NCBI RefSeq assembly: GCF_018350175.1
Contig: NC_058368.1
Location: forward strand, 188,978,001 to 189,042,000
DNA: 64,000 bases
From: Felis catus
Taxonomy: Eukaryota
Reading direction: 5' to 3'
Part shown: positions 1 to 13,669 of the stretch, in pieces
How positions within the stretch are numbered: the stretch's first letter is position 1
Layout of the letters: each line of letters starts with the position of its first letter
Made by a program: the position numbers and the translations under genes
The notes under the pieces: generated by a model
Seen by the model: only the letters and a program-made list of their open reading frames with translations
Database searches by the model: none
Told to the model about the DNA's origin: nothing

Positions 1-421
1 AGAAATCACTGAAGGAGCCTTGCACAACACTTGGCACGGAGTTAGATGACAGCAAAAGGCCACTGTTGCAGAAGCCACTGTCAAGGTCACCACTGTCCTC
101 CATTTAGGTGTGAGCGAGAAGTGCTACTGGCTCTCAGAGAGGACAGTAATACTGAAGACTTGACCTTTGTACCCAGAGTTCTGCAACATGTTTCCATTAA
201 TGTTTTAAAATACTGGGTACTCTCCTTTACCTACCATGGGGGTGGGACTTTTGATCCTGCAAGAGGCTTTTATGAAAACTACTTAGAGAATTGTTCTCTC
301 CCATACTCTTCTTCTGGGCTTCCAGAAATTTCAGACTGCCTCTTTGGAGGTTTGTATCCACCTCCCTGCACCCTCCACAACCCTCCCTTTATCTGCAGAA
401 GTGCTCCTCTTTCCTGTTTCT

Positions 422-436
422 CTTTTTTTCTTTTTT

Positions 437-495
<59 letters not shown>

Positions 496-727
496 CATTT
501 ATTTATTTATAAGTTTATTTTTGAGAGAGAGAGAGAGACAGACAGAGCACAACCAGGAGAGGGGCAGAGTGAGAGGGAGACAGAGAATTGGATTCAGGCT
601 CCAAGCTCTGAGCTGTCAGTGACAGAGCCCGGCGTGGGGCTTGACGCGGAGCTCGAACTCACAAGCTGTGAGATTATGACCTGAGCTGAAGTCGGAGCCT
701 TAACCAACTGAGCCACCCAGACACCCC
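422..727 (-). mobile_element. Can-SINE (SINEC_Fc-like) with tail expanded into (GAAA)n
   Basis: Reverse complement begins GGGGTGTCTGGGTGGCTCAGTTGGTTAAG and has a (CT)n region and A-rich tail. TSD TCCTCTTTCCTGTTTCT (405-421) / TCCTCTCTCCTGTTTCT (728-744). Confidence 0.95.
435..494 (+). repeat. (TTTC)15 tetranucleotide microsatellite derived from the SINE tail
   Basis: Perfect array read directly. Confidence 0.97.
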
Positions 728-1361
728 TCCTCTCTCCTGTTTCTTACACTTCTGTGGAGGACAGGCCCCATCCACTTGCCCTGGGTGTGCGCTCCATCTC
801 TCACCACAAGGGTGCTTCACCTGGCCGACCAGTACAGGACGCCTGGGCTCCAGTTCTCTGAGTCTGGAAAGAGACGATGTTCACACCAGCAGCTTGGAAG
901 GAGCATGGTCACTGCTGCCTCATGTCTTTGGTGTGCCGGCAGCCTCTCCTGGGGCCTTGCAGAGACTGTGTGTATTTTTTCGTCAGAATGCCACACTTAA
1001 AAATTAGCTTTTCTGATTATAATATTAATGCACTCTTATTGTTGAGAGGTTAGAGAATTCAAAGAGGTACGCAGAGGAAAATAAAATTACCTATAACTTT
1101 GCAATCTAGTGGTAACTTCTCTGGACACTTTGATGATTTTCCTTTCAGTCTTTTTTCCACGCAAATGTATATCTACTTCTTATATGATTACATGTAATAC
1201 ATATTGCACAAAAACTGGTATTATTATACTTTTTATATTTAGTAATTTTTTCTCATAATAAAAGTAATACCTGTGAATGTACAAATTTATTTATTCCAAA
1301 ATTATTTACATGATTATTACCTGTGCAAGTGCATACACATACACAGATAAACACACAAAAT

Positions 1362-1362
<1 letters not shown>

Positions 1363-1403
<41 letters not shown>

Positions 1404-1420
1404 TGGTGGGGGGGGGGGGG
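1363..1420 (+). repeat. (CA)19 microsatellite followed by a G13 run
   Basis: CA repeat at 1363-1400, G-run at 1408-1420. Confidence 0.97.
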
Positions 1421-1794
1421 AGAGAGAAGATGAATCACATAGAATGTCATCAGTCCAGAAATAAACACTGTTAACATTTAGTGTTGTTCTTTTGTTGGCT
1501 ACTTTTTTAGTGTTACTTTCTTAACCTTTTTTTCTTTCCTTTCATCTTATTCCTTCTCACAGGAGTCACAGACCTTCAGACATCCTCTTCTATTTTGCCG
1601 CTTAGATGAAATCTGAGCAGTGGTCTCATGCAGGGACCTGAGTGCTGAGCCAGTTGGATAACTCATTTTAAGAGCAATTTAGTTAGGGAATGAGAGTTAA
1701 ATATTATCAGGTTAAGAACAGTGAATGCTTATGGATGGGGATTACTATGCCTAATGGAGTCAAGCCTCCTGTAGAATTCTGGCCTAATTTATGT

Positions 1795-2950
1795 TAAGTA
1801 TTTATTCCAGAAATATTTTGGAAATATCCTGTAGGTAAAGCATTAAGTTGGATACTTTAGAAGATACAAATATGAATTAGACCTTGTCACCGATCTCAGG
1901 AACTATATCTGATGAGAGAAATATGGGTAAGAAAATACTTATGGCACAGAGTAAAATCAGATATTAAGTGTTATAGTATAAGTGTCATACTGATATAGAT
2001 TCTTATAAATTTTTAATTATATAAATTATATATAACTCATAATTATATAAAGGTGCAGGTAACTCTGTCTCTGAATTTTAAGATCAGGTAAAACTTATTA
2101 GAAGAGACAATATATGGTCTCAGAGAACAAGCAGAATATCAGTAGGGGAATGTTTAGGCAATGAGTAACACGAACAAAGCAAAGGTGCTAGGCAAGGCTG
2201 TGATGTGTTCCTGTGTCCACATGCCCTACGCCCAGGATGTGGAAAGGCAAAGTGGGAAGCAGCACTAGAAAGGGAAATTGGCTGTCAGGCCTTGTAGTGC
2301 CTGAATATTTTGCCAAGGAGTTTGGATTATATACTGTATGTAAAGGTGGCACGAGCATTTGAGTAAGGGAACAACATGATGAGGTTGTATTTGAAGAAGA
2401 GAATTCTGACAGAAAAAGTGGAAATAGAGAGAGACCATTTAAAAGACAATTATACCATTATAATGGTGTAAGAAATGGTGACAACCAAAGCAGAAGAAAG
2501 TGGTGAAGCAAAGAGCCAGTGGAGTTCATTGGAAGAAAAATCAAAATGAGTAAAAGAAATATTGAAGGGAGAAGAAATAAAGAAGATTTACGTTTTCTAT
2601 TTTGGGTGATCCAAAGGATAGCATTCCCTTAACTGAGAGGGGGAACACGGGAGCAAAAAATACACTTATAAGTAGCAAGATGATAAATTTAGCTTGTGTC
2701 ACATTGAAATTGAGGTGGCAATAAGACATGTTGGGGAGATTCTGTTACTCTGTTGCTAATAAAAGTTTGGTGCTTGGCCTAAGAGATCAAAGCTACAGGT
2801 GTAGATTTAGAAGTCAGTTTAGCTGAGGTGGTTGAGCCAATGAATGAACTCAAGAAATCTTAAGTAAGTAAAAAGAGAAGGAAATGTAGAACAAAATTTG
2901 TAAAATTTCGATAGTTAATAAGTTGGCAGAAAGGAAAAGTTAGCAACTGA
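1795..2950 (-). mobile_element. Degraded LINE-2 fragment
   Basis: Purine-rich stretch with antisense L2 signatures such as GCCAAGGAGTTTGGATTATATACTGTA, GATGATAAATTTAGCTTGTGTCACATTGAAATTGAGGTG and GTAGATTTAGAAGTCAG. Boundaries approximate. Confidence 0.65.
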
Positions 2951-3325
2951 GGAAACCAATGAATAAGAGAAGAACTCTAGAAAACACTTATTTACAAGCA
3001 CAAGGTACTGGTTTTCTTCCTAGTGTTTCAAATAATATTCGTTAAGCTTGCTTGACCTTCATCTGTTCTCATCCGGAATATATATCCTGTAGGGATGAGT
3101 TTTAAAAGATAGTGAATGTGAAAAGGCTTTGTAAACCATCAGACAGACATGTCTTAGGTCTTACAATTAGTGTCACAGAAGTGAGGAAAGTAGAGACTTC
3201 CAACAAGAGAGAAAGTTGTGTCCGATGCTAGAGTTTCATAAAAATATTTATTTTTAGCTCAACTCGTTTGGTTTGCAACTTAAGGAAGTTAAGTCAAGAG
3301 TGAATCTGTTCTCTAATCACTTAGA

Positions 3326-3805
3326 ACAGCATTTCCCAAAGTATGGAGCATGTGTCTCTGGTTGTACAGGAGACACGTTGGATTTGACACAGACATCGAG
3401 CAGAACTGAATTACATAGTGAGAAAGTTATTATTATTATTATTTTTTGTCTTTTAATCCTTCAGATTTATGTTAAGGGAAAATATCTCAGTTGGGGCAAA
3501 TAAGTCTGTAATATCTAATGCAGGCTAGTCTCCCCTTTCAATAGACTCCTTCAGGTTGTCAACATTATTTAGCTAGAATATCATATTAACTTTAAAATTA
3601 CCTTCCGTAATACCTTCTTATTTGGGCCGGGATACCAGTTTTCCAGGTGGGGTAGTGATACAAAGTTTCCTTTTAAAATAAGCTATTTTAAATGAAAAAA
3701 GTAATTGACTTTTAAATATTAAGTACTTAATTGTATAGGTGATATACAGAAATGGCAAAACTGAGAGAGTGGTATTCCAATGATGGGAGTTTGGAAACTT
3801 TAGGT
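3326..3805. mobile_element. Probable hAT-Charlie-type DNA transposon remnant
   Basis: Degenerate TIR-like ends CAGCATTTCCCAAAG … AGTTTGGAAACTTTAG. Family not determinable by eye. Confidence 0.4.
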
Positions 3806-5723
3806 TTATCAGAGCCCTTCCTCCTTCTGTTGCTTGGAGTGGCTGCCTTAGTTCAACCATGTTAGAACAATGTGGGAAATTATCCATCCTGGGGTGGTGG
3901 TGGTTGTCTTGGGCTCTAGACTTCCAGATCTAGACCCTGTTCTTCCCCTAAGATGTTGGGTCAATTTTTGAAGCCAGTAGATTTTTCTAGACATTTGTGT
4001 CTTTAGCTGTTAAAATGAGAATGCTAGTTTTAAATGATTACTAGCATTTCTTCCAGCAATAAAGTCTATGATTCTTTGAGTGATTAGTAAATAAGCCTAT
4101 GCTTTCAAATTGATGGAGGTTAGAAAAAATGTTTTTCCCCTGTAAACCATCAATATCACGTGTCAATGCCAGAGGCTGTTTGCAGACTAACATTCACGGC
4201 AAGGAAAACATCAACAAATTCATTCTTCAATGATAATTCATATTCTACCTCATTTGTGAAGGATAGTTATTTCAGGAAGGAATCTCTACTTTAGTTAGGG
4301 CAATTGATTAAAGTTGAAAGTGAAATCGTAAATGAAAGTCTGTGTCAATTTCCTGAGCCTACTGCTTAATGCCAACACCTCACTCCTAAGTCAGTAGTTT
4401 CACTGCAGTCCTATGTAATCAATTCAGAAAGCCCATGAATTTGGTTCCTTGGCATAGCAGCTCATAAGTTATAAGTCCTTATACTTAAAAAAGATGTTTC
4501 TATTCATCTATTTATTAATATCTTTCCATCTTTTAAAATTTATTTCCCCTGAAAGGGAGGGCAGATGAAGTGTTTTCTAACTGGCTGAAAGTCCTAAGTA
4601 TTCTTGTGAATTAGTGTAACTCTACATCCCAAGTAACTCTTAAAAATGGAAGCATACCACCTGTTTGGAATATAACAATATGGCGACTTCCATAATCAAA
4701 AACATAGCCAAGGACCAGGCAGCAAGTGAAAAATGAATATAGCATAGGGATAGAAAAAAACACCCACACAGTCTTGGAATCTGAAAAAAATGAGTTTGTT
4801 ACTTCCTTTAACAATGAATCATAGAGACAAAATTTTGTCTCTATGATTAGGTAGGAAGTGTTTGTTGCTGCCATCTTTTGCACTGCATCAGTGTCAGGTT
4901 TTGCTCTAACTTGTGCTAACAAGGGTTATCTTTGGGCAAGCAACTTAGTCATTTTAGGATTGTGTTTGCACATCTGAAAAAAAAGGGATAATGATAACAA
5001 TAATTTGGTCATTATTCTGACCAAATTAGTGTCTGCATGTAAGTTCCTCAGCAGTGTAGTAGATACCTCCTAGATACCCACCAAGTGTTGATTCCCAGCA
5101 TTGCTGAAACGCTATTGACTAGTTGAGATTCAACATGCACTTGATTTTGAAAGTTCATCTTTTACTGCCCTTCAGAGGCTCTTTCCTTCTTCTATTCTCT
5201 GTACATTAGTAAACTTGATTTCCTGATTTTGATGCTTACAGATTAGAAGACCAGATTAGAAGGTGTAAAGGACACCAGGAGAAAAAAGACAAGAAACTGA
5301 ACAAAATAGAAATAATTTAAAAATCACAGCTATCCAGGGCCATTTAGTGAGGGGAAAACAGCCCCTCATGCCTCAGTAGTCACTCAGTAGGCTTTTCTAT
5401 TTTACAGCAAGATATGATATGAAGTATTCCAAATGATGATCTTGATTTACCAAGATTAAATTCAAGTGTATATACTCTGCTGATTTTAGAAAAAATACAA
5501 TGACTTTGAAAGAAATTAAATATAAAAAGGACAAAATTTTAAGTAAATAATTTTTTGTATGTTTTTCCAATTGAAACTTTAGTCGTTCAAAACTCTTAGC
5601 CATAGATATGAACTAGGTCTCTAGGCATTCCACAGAAGCATGATCTTACTGAAATATCTTCTCTGTGTCTTCAGCAAATAAACCAGGGCTTCACACATTC
5701 TGTGGAAAAGGATAGGCATTTCT

Positions 5724-5934
5724 TTTTCTTTTCTTTTTTTTTTTAAGTTTATTTATTTTGAGAGAGAGAGCATGAGTGGGAGAGGGGCAGAGAGAGAGAG
5801 AGAAAGAACCCCAAGCAGGCTCCATGCTGTTAGCACAGAGCCCTATGTGGGCTCGATATCACAAACTGCAAGGTCGTGACCTGAGCAGAGATCAAGAGTC
5901 TGATGCTTATCTGACTGAGCCACCCAGGTGCCCT
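5724..5934 (-). mobile_element. Can-SINE, older subfamily
   Basis: Ends CTGAGCCACCCAGGTGCCC on + with a T-rich tail at left. TSD-like TAGGCATTTCT (5713-5723) / TAGACATTTCT (5939-5949). Confidence 0.93.
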
Positions 5935-7222
5935 GGAGTAGACATTTCTAAATACTAAGTTAAAATGATTTTTATGCAGATGGCCTTTGTTTGTGTTTCA
6001 AGAATGAGCATTTGACAGAAATTACTTGTGGACTTTCACAGTAGCAACTTTCTCAGATTCTTTTCCCTAGGACTTGGTGTTAGGACGGTTTACCCGGGTG
6101 GGACCCAAGGGCTGACACCTTGATTCTTATAGTGTCACATGTGGTTCTTTCATAGTGTTACCTGTAATTCTCTGGGGAAAAAAATTTGAATTTGGTCTGG
6201 TTTGCACATTAAAACAAAAGCATTTTCTAAGTTATCCCCATAACATAAGTTAGTACAAACTCAAGCGATAATCCATTATATACTGACTCAGTACCAAAAA
6301 TATTGAATCAAATGAACCTGATATGAATCAAGAAGTGGGCAGATGCAGATACCACAGAGAGCGAACATGTAGAATCCAGCACCATCAGAGGTCAACCAGT
6401 CAAATACCAGAGCTGGATTTTTCAAAGAACCAGATAATGCCAGTTTTATGGCTGTTAATAACATTTCAGTTATATAAGCAAAGATAAGAGTAATAAAAAA
6501 ATAAATTCTGCTTCTCAGTGTAATCTGATTGCCAGCAGGGTTCAGAAATGAACTTTCTCATTGTGCACGTGGCATTGCATAATGGACCAGTGATCATTCT
6601 GCAGCCCCCTCCCCAAACTTCCATTTCCCTTTTATGGACAGTCCTTAGTTCTGCCAGATCTCTAAGCTATTCCAGGGAGGCAGATTCTTTGGTTTCCCCT
6701 TAAAAGCTCTTTGATTGTGCCTCTGGTAGTTAATGCACCAAATGGTCTTTAGGGGTATTTCATACGTGTGTTCTGCAGCTAATCAGAGTGCCTTGGCCCA
6801 CTGATTTCCTACTTCTGTGTTTTCCACATGTTTAAGGGCTTAGTTCAAACACCAGGCCCACCCACTTCTGGAGAGGCATGGTAGAGCTCAGCTCTGATTT
6901 GGGTCTCTGCCTCAAACAGAGATTTTCCAAAGGATATCCTGTAGTGGATGAATCATTCCATTAGGCCATGTTCACTTTTCAAACCAGGAAGCAGAGTGCC
7001 TGTTCTGTAGGGAAACTCAGATAAAGTCGTTGTGGCTGTGCTCAGAGCGCTTATAAATATTGTTGTCAGTGTCTTTGATACAGGTTCCATCAAGATAGTA
7101 TGTAAACACTGACAGGTTAATTATGTGTTTTAAAGCTTTGTTTATTGAGAGCTGATAGGAAGGCTGTGAAATGAGTCCTTTACATATTGCAGTGACAGTT
7201 TTCTCCCCCATGTCTTCCCTAG

Positions 7223-7396
<174 letters not shown>

Positions 7397-8049
7397 TGAG
7401 TGTTTTACTTTATCTTACATGTATACGTGTGCATTTTATTTTAAAATCTAGTTTCCAAGACCCTCTTTCTTTGTCCATTTCACCATATAGATGATTACAT
7501 GTCTTGCTGTTATTATTATTATTGTTGTTATCATCATTATTTAAGATTTCAACTGGGTGTTCAAGTTGAACGACAGGATCAGTAAAAATAAGTAGTTGGA
7601 TACCTGAAGAAGCAGCATGAGAAATAAGAAAGGGGGAAGAAGTTCTAGACAATTCTCAGTCTATCTGGATGTTAAGCCATCTGTGTTGTGGTTTATTTGC
7701 TTTATGGAGTTAGGGATGTGCTTTAGTGCAGTACAACTTTCTTCTAGCCTGGTCATCGCCTTTGTATTAAAGAGAATTGGTAGTTTTGATATTCCATTCT
7801 GAGTTGGCACTTTCTTCTCCTGTAAACTGCATTTTGCCCTCCCCAAACAGTCTTTGCACATGGACCTGCCTTGTGGTAAGAAGCTAAGGTTGCAGAGTGA
7901 ATGTGAATTGATCACCCAACAGATGGAGAGAAACAGGCAGGTTCCCTGGGGAAATGCAAGTATGCAGCCTAAGGGTCCAGTGTGTACTTTAGGAGAGCCT
8001 CAGATTACAATGTGCTAGCCAAACACCCACGGATCTTTCTATAATTCAG

Positions 8050-8152
8050 ATGCTGGTTCAGTAGCTCTGGGTGGGACCTGAGACCCTGCATTTATTACAA
8101 GCTCCCAAGTGAGGCTGGTGATCTTGGTCCAGGGACCACACTGGGAGAAGTG
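8050..8152 (-). mobile_element. MER5A-like hAT-Charlie MITE fragment
   Basis: TTCAGTAGCTCTGGGTGGGACCTGAGACCCTGCATTTATTACAAGCTCCCAAGTGA…TGGTCCAGGGACCACACTGGGAGAA resembles the reverse complement of the MER5A 5' half. Confidence 0.75.
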
Positions 8153-10752
8153 ACATTCTAGGCCCTCTGCTTTGTATTGTCACTCCTGCATAACTGTCTC
8201 CAGGAACTTGTCCCACGTTTTCGTCTTCATTCAATGGACGACCACAAGGCCTGATTAAGTATAGAGCATAAGTTGCTCTCACACAAAGAGGCTCCAGGAC
8301 AGTGAAGAGATAACTCTGTTAGCACATCCTAATTATAACCATACAATTAAATGGATAAATTTTATTTTGCTGTAACATTTTACCTCAAAGCATCTTTCCT
8401 TTTGTATTTTAGTACTAGGGATAAAACCAGCTATGCTTCTTAGTCTCTCTCTCTTTCCTTCTCTCTCAAAATTATAAAAACAATTAATGCATCCTGACCC
8501 TTGGAAATGCCTCCCAGCCCTTTAAACAAAATGCAGGTTTGGTGCCTGCCTGACGATTAGTTTTAGTTAATTGAAAATTATAGGATTGACCCAAGAGGAA
8601 AATTTTGTTTGCACTCCAATCACTTTTACAAATTAAGGAAAATTACCACAATTTTGTTTAGCTAAGGTTTCACACTGAGTTCAAGAAATTAGCTCAGCCA
8701 TCCCAACAAAGTCAGCACTTTGTTAGTGAGCACTTGAAAAAATAATAGTCTATCTGGAGTTTTGTGGTGTATACAAACGAAGCATAGAGAAAGCTATGAT
8801 GCTTTATAGAAGTAGGCCAAGTGTTTTTAATTAGGCTCATTGGTTCAGTGTAAGTTTTGAAGAACAATCAAACTAGCAGATTAGCTGTTTCTTTTAAAGC
8901 TAGGATTTCTTGCCATTCATTTTTTCCCATGAGAACTTCCACATAGCACTATTTTTTTTTTACAAGCCTCATTATGGGCCTGCAGGAAAAGGACCAATTG
9001 AAACTTCTGATACTGTAACATTCCCCACCATCATTCCGATGGATGGGAGTTTTTCACAATGTTCCTCACTGAACTCGGTGTTCTGGAACATATTACAAAA
9101 CCACAGAGGCCAAATGTTTTCTCTGAGGAGTTTGGACTCTGTTTTTGGCCAAAAACATTTAGGCCTTGCTGGCTGCTTATTTACTCTGCTATTAAGAACA
9201 AGAAAAAGGAGAAGAAAAAGAAGAAGAAGAAAATGCTTGTGTGGTAGGAGGTACAAGAGGCAATCAGGCATGATTCCGCTTTGGTGACAACATCCCTGCC
9301 CATTAATGGTTCCATTTTGTGGTCAGGTCTCATTTAGAAGAAATTATTTTTAATCAGTGTTCAACAAAATATCCCCTTGAGCCACCTGGCCATAAAAGTT
9401 AGAAAAAAAAAATCATCCTCACTAAATTACTTAAGTTCTCAAAAGAAAATAGCTAGGGACCCATTATGATTTGGAATTTTTTTAACCATTAAAAAAAATT
9501 GCCATCAATTTAAGAAATCACATCTTGGAAAACCTGTATCATACGGGAATTAAGATCAAAGATAAAAGCGGCAGATTTGCAAGTCTAGCAAAGTAGTTAA
9601 GGATAAGAGAGATAAATCCTTGGTGTGCATGCACATGTGTAAGTGTGCAGGAAATTTAACATATAAAAAAATACTTTTGCTGATTTTGTCTCAAACTGTG
9701 GGAAATAGAAAAGCGACTTAGTCTTTTAAGTATTCTAGGAGAGAATTTAACTTCTCTCCATGTCGGAAAATAAAATTTTGAAGAAATTAACACAAAAACT
9801 TCCCCACTGATAGAGTTGGCTATTAGCTTGCTGTGACATTACATCATTTCTAACAGAAGAGAATTTTTTTTTTAATTGGTGAACTAAACATGGCTTCTTG
9901 ATTAGCATTAAATGCTGCTACCTAGGGTCACTTGTTCATGGCTGGTGCTGCTGGCCCCTGTGATTTACTCAGTTTACCTCTATCCTTGTTACCACTTACC
10001 AACCAAGGCAGAGATGGGTCATAAAACCTTTCTGTTCTTTGTATCAGAACAACAACTCAGGTCAGTGTAAATGTGCAGCAGTCCTTTTCTATCTGCCTGC
10101 AGAAGCTCCCACTTCATTTTCTTTAACTTCCATAGCATTTCAAGGTGTGAAACTTGATTTTTTGGACGGGGTAAGCCAACCCTACTGTTTCTTAGCGGAA
10201 TGGCACTTGGAATTTTTCCCTTATAAAAAGGGGGATGGGGATATCCTAGGACTGAACCTCACAACCCAAACTTAAGAATTTGTTGCAGTTTTCTGAGTGT
10301 GTGAGGGAGTTTGGGTGTGTATATGTCGAAGTCTCTAAGAATCCATAATTGAGCCAGGAACAGCATGGCCTAATCTATGCAAATAAAGGCAGACTTTTGG
10401 GGGAGGAGGAAAGGATTTGTCTAAACACAGATTGCCTGCAAGCTGGCTCCACTTATAAGGAGTGTGAACACTGCTCTCCATCATTGGTTCTTCAGATCAG
10501 GGACGCAGGAGGCATTCTTAGTCACCAGATGTGCAGGTCTCTGTGTTTGCCCAGTGAGGGAGCAAAGCGAATCCCAAGTTGAGCAGAACAAATAGTACTT
10601 CCCAGATCTTATTTATCATGTCCAGTTATTCTTATGTAAGTTCAGGGCAGAGATGACTTTAAATTTTAAATAATGTTTCCTGATAGAAGGAATAGCATTT
10701 CCTTCTAATGACAGGACTGTTTTCAAAGCCCTCTAATAGTGTGTGGTCAGTC

Positions 10753-10801
10753 AGACCTATAGGAAGACCTATAGGAGACCTATAGGAAGACCTATAGGAA
10801 G
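10753..10801 (+). repeat. Four tandem copies of the 12-bp unit AGACCTATAGGA (second copy 11 bp)
   Basis: Units start at 10753, 10765, 10776 and 10788. Confidence 0.95.
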
Positions 10802-11599
10802 TAAATCCACGATAAACCTCCACTTCCGTGGAAAGAGGTCTCTCCAGTACCTTTGTTGTTCTTGCAGCTTGTTTTCCTGCTGTTGTTACATCTTTTAAGA
10901 GCCTTGGATCTTTTAGAATTGTAATCTCTCCTGCTAAGCTTTAAGTAACCTTGGGAGTTGATAAAGAACTCTAAGGAGGCTTCAGAAGCTTCTTCAAAGT
11001 TCTAGAGTTGGTTTTCTTGATAAGAAGTGGCCAAATCCAAATGCAGTTTTACATCATTGCAGTTCTTTCTCCACGGGAAAGGCTCCTATCTTTGGGGAAA
11101 CAATGACTAGAAGAATAAGCCATCAGGATGTGTCTGATTAGCTCAGGTGTGCATGGAGAGCTGTTGACTGCCAGCTCTGCCAGATGGTGAAAGCCCCAGT
11201 GGAATGATCATGTCCCAGCTCAGATTTGGGTTAGGCCACTTCTCAGATCATTCTGCCACCAGGTTCTGCCAGTCTAAGGATTATTCAGCAAACTTCCTGC
11301 CCTGTAGAAGGACTAACCCACATCCCTGTATATCAGTCTCAGAATTAACTTCGAAATAAAAATTCTTCCTGGAAATACTTCCTGTTGGTACCTCCTGCCC
11401 AAAACAGCTTTGCATGTAGGAGGGCCCATTTTGGCTAAATAAGCTCTGTGGAACTTGATGATATGTGCCATGTCTTCCAAGTTTTCCTTTTTTTCTCCCT
11501 ATTCCTTTTGTTTTCTTCTCCTTCCCTTTCTCTTCCTCCGTCCCTTCTCCCCCTGTTCTTTCCTCCTCCCATTCTTTTCTCTCTTACTCCCAAGGAGAC

Positions 11600-11865
11600 A
11601 ATATGGCCTAGTGATTGAGGGCTTGGTTTCAAGAGGTGGTGGGTTTGGATCGAATGCTCAGCTCTACCACTTACTATGGAGGTTATTTTGGGGACATCAT
11701 GTGATGGTTTGGAACCACAGTTGCCTCATTTTTACAAGGGAATAATCCCTTACCGGGGTTCATTTTAGTATCAGGGAAATGTATGTAAAGCACCTTTCGT
11801 GAGCTAGTATGAACACCTAGCCAGATACTAGTAGTTTCCATTAATAAATGATAGCCATTACTATT
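11600..11865 (+). mobile_element. MIR SINE, near full length, degraded
   Basis: CAGCTCTACCACTTACTA … CAGTTGCCTCATTTTTACAAGGGAATAAT … TGTATGTAAAGCACC follow the MIR consensus order. Confidence 0.7.
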
Positions 11866-12764
11866 GTTCATTAATCTTTTCTTTTGTTGTGGAGTCCCTA
11901 CCATGGTGTAAATATTTTACATATATATTTTTTATCTTCACCATCATTTCCTAGAGGGCTAAGAAATGTCCTTTAGGGATTTTAGTAACAAAACTGTAGA
12001 CATCCATAAATAAAAGAAACAAGTAGCACTAACCAACCACAAATAAAAAGAGCAAAGTATGAATAAAGTAGCAAGAAAAAGAGATTTATAAATATGAATA
12101 TAACAATTTTGATACAACAAATACTTTCTCGGGAATAGCCTCAAACAATAAATATTTTTATAAGGCAGCCCTGACTTATAACGTTCTCTGATGCTGAATT
12201 TTCAGGAAAAACACATACCTGTCTTTTTGTTTCCATTCAAATTTCAGCCCTTCCTCTGGAGGCCATAGTAACATGGGTATAGTCTATCACCAGCCCTTTC
12301 AAAGGTGTTTAGGCTATAATTGCTTCAACTCCAGGTTCAAAAGGTTCAAGGCCAGAAGACTCTGTTTCTAGTTCTTGAAACGCTCCTCCACAAATGAAGG
12401 CTGCCACCCTGGGGATAAACAAAATTATCAGTTATAGGGCAGAAGTAAAGAGCTTGTACCTAATGCATCTCATGTTCCGTGGCCTCTTCTTACACTAATT
12501 CATTGTCAGATCAGGCTTCCAAAAAGCCACTGTCATAGCTTTACCCTGCAGAGAAGGCTTCCCCTTTTGCCCACTGTATGTGAGATGTGGCCCAACCCCT
12601 ATGCTTGACCAAGCTTATGGCTCCCTGTGCACTCAGCTCCACTCAAACCAGTCTCCGCATCAGGTCTCAAGGTCACTTCATATTTAGCAATTCTGGACAT
12701 GGTAATTCCCCTATAAGATCAGGCTCAGACTCTGTTTCCCTTCTTCAGTATTCTCTGGCCATTT

Positions 12765-12910
12765 TAGTATAGTGGGCAGAGCACTGGGCTGAGATAGAGG
12801 AGGCCTGGCAACACCAGCTCTGCTGCTAACTGGCTCTGAGATGTGGGACAAATTGCTTCCATGCTCCACATTCCAGTTTCCTCAATGTAAAATGAGTCAA
12901 TTGCACTAGG
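12765..12910 (+). mobile_element. MIR fragment
   Basis: CCAGCTCTGCTGCTAACTGGCTCTGAGATGTGGGACAAATTGCTT … CAGTTTCCTCAATGTAAAATGAG. Confidence 0.7.
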
Positions 12911-13669
12911 AGACTTGATGTTCCCTATGGCTCATCTTGATTGACTAGAAAAGTTTATACCCTTGGATCTCTTTGGTTGCATGTGCTTATTAGACCATTC
13001 ATTTATTTACTCCCTTCCTTGTATCTTTAGATCTCTTGTTCTGTTCTTAGGTACACAAATTACAAAAAGTCTACAAACTCTATGAGAAAAGAATTACCCT
13101 TCCCTGATCTTATACTATTTTGTACACTGTGTTGAAGCAACTTGACTCATATCTTACTTGCAATAGATGTTCTCTAATAATTGATTGACATATTGCCAGG
13201 ATCAATGGGTCCTCATTGATTTTTGTGCTCTGGATGACATGGAATGTAAATAAGAGCTGTTAATTAAGAATCTATCCCCTTTTACTTGAAGTTTTACATG
13301 CAGGAGAACACAGTAGTTGGAATTTCTGTTAAAGAAAAAAATAGGGCTGGCTCCATATTATAAATATTCTTCATTTTCTCTCATGTAAAATAGGAATCTT
13401 TTAATAGTACCTGTATCTGGGAGGGAATGGGTCAGTATATGTAGTACAGGGCTAATAGTGCCTGGTACAGTGTGAGTGTTCCCTAAAAGTAAACTCAAAA
13501 AGAGAGAAGCAGATAATAGGAATGTTCCTTTTGAAAATCCAAAGAACAAATTTTTTTTGGTATTAAATAAGTGCCATATTTCATCATAATTAAAGAAATT
13601 ATTTCTTTCTAGTCATTAGAGTAGGAATCAAAAGGCCTGGCCTCTAATTATTATTTTAGCACTCCCTGT

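Noticed and set aside
46..684. 212-aa ORF
   Set aside because: It runs through the (TTTC)n microsatellite and an antisense Can-SINE. It is low complexity with no recognisable domain.
10753..10801. Palindromic direct repeats as a CRISPR-like array
   Set aside because: There are no spacers, the unit is 12 bp, and the context is a mammalian intron.
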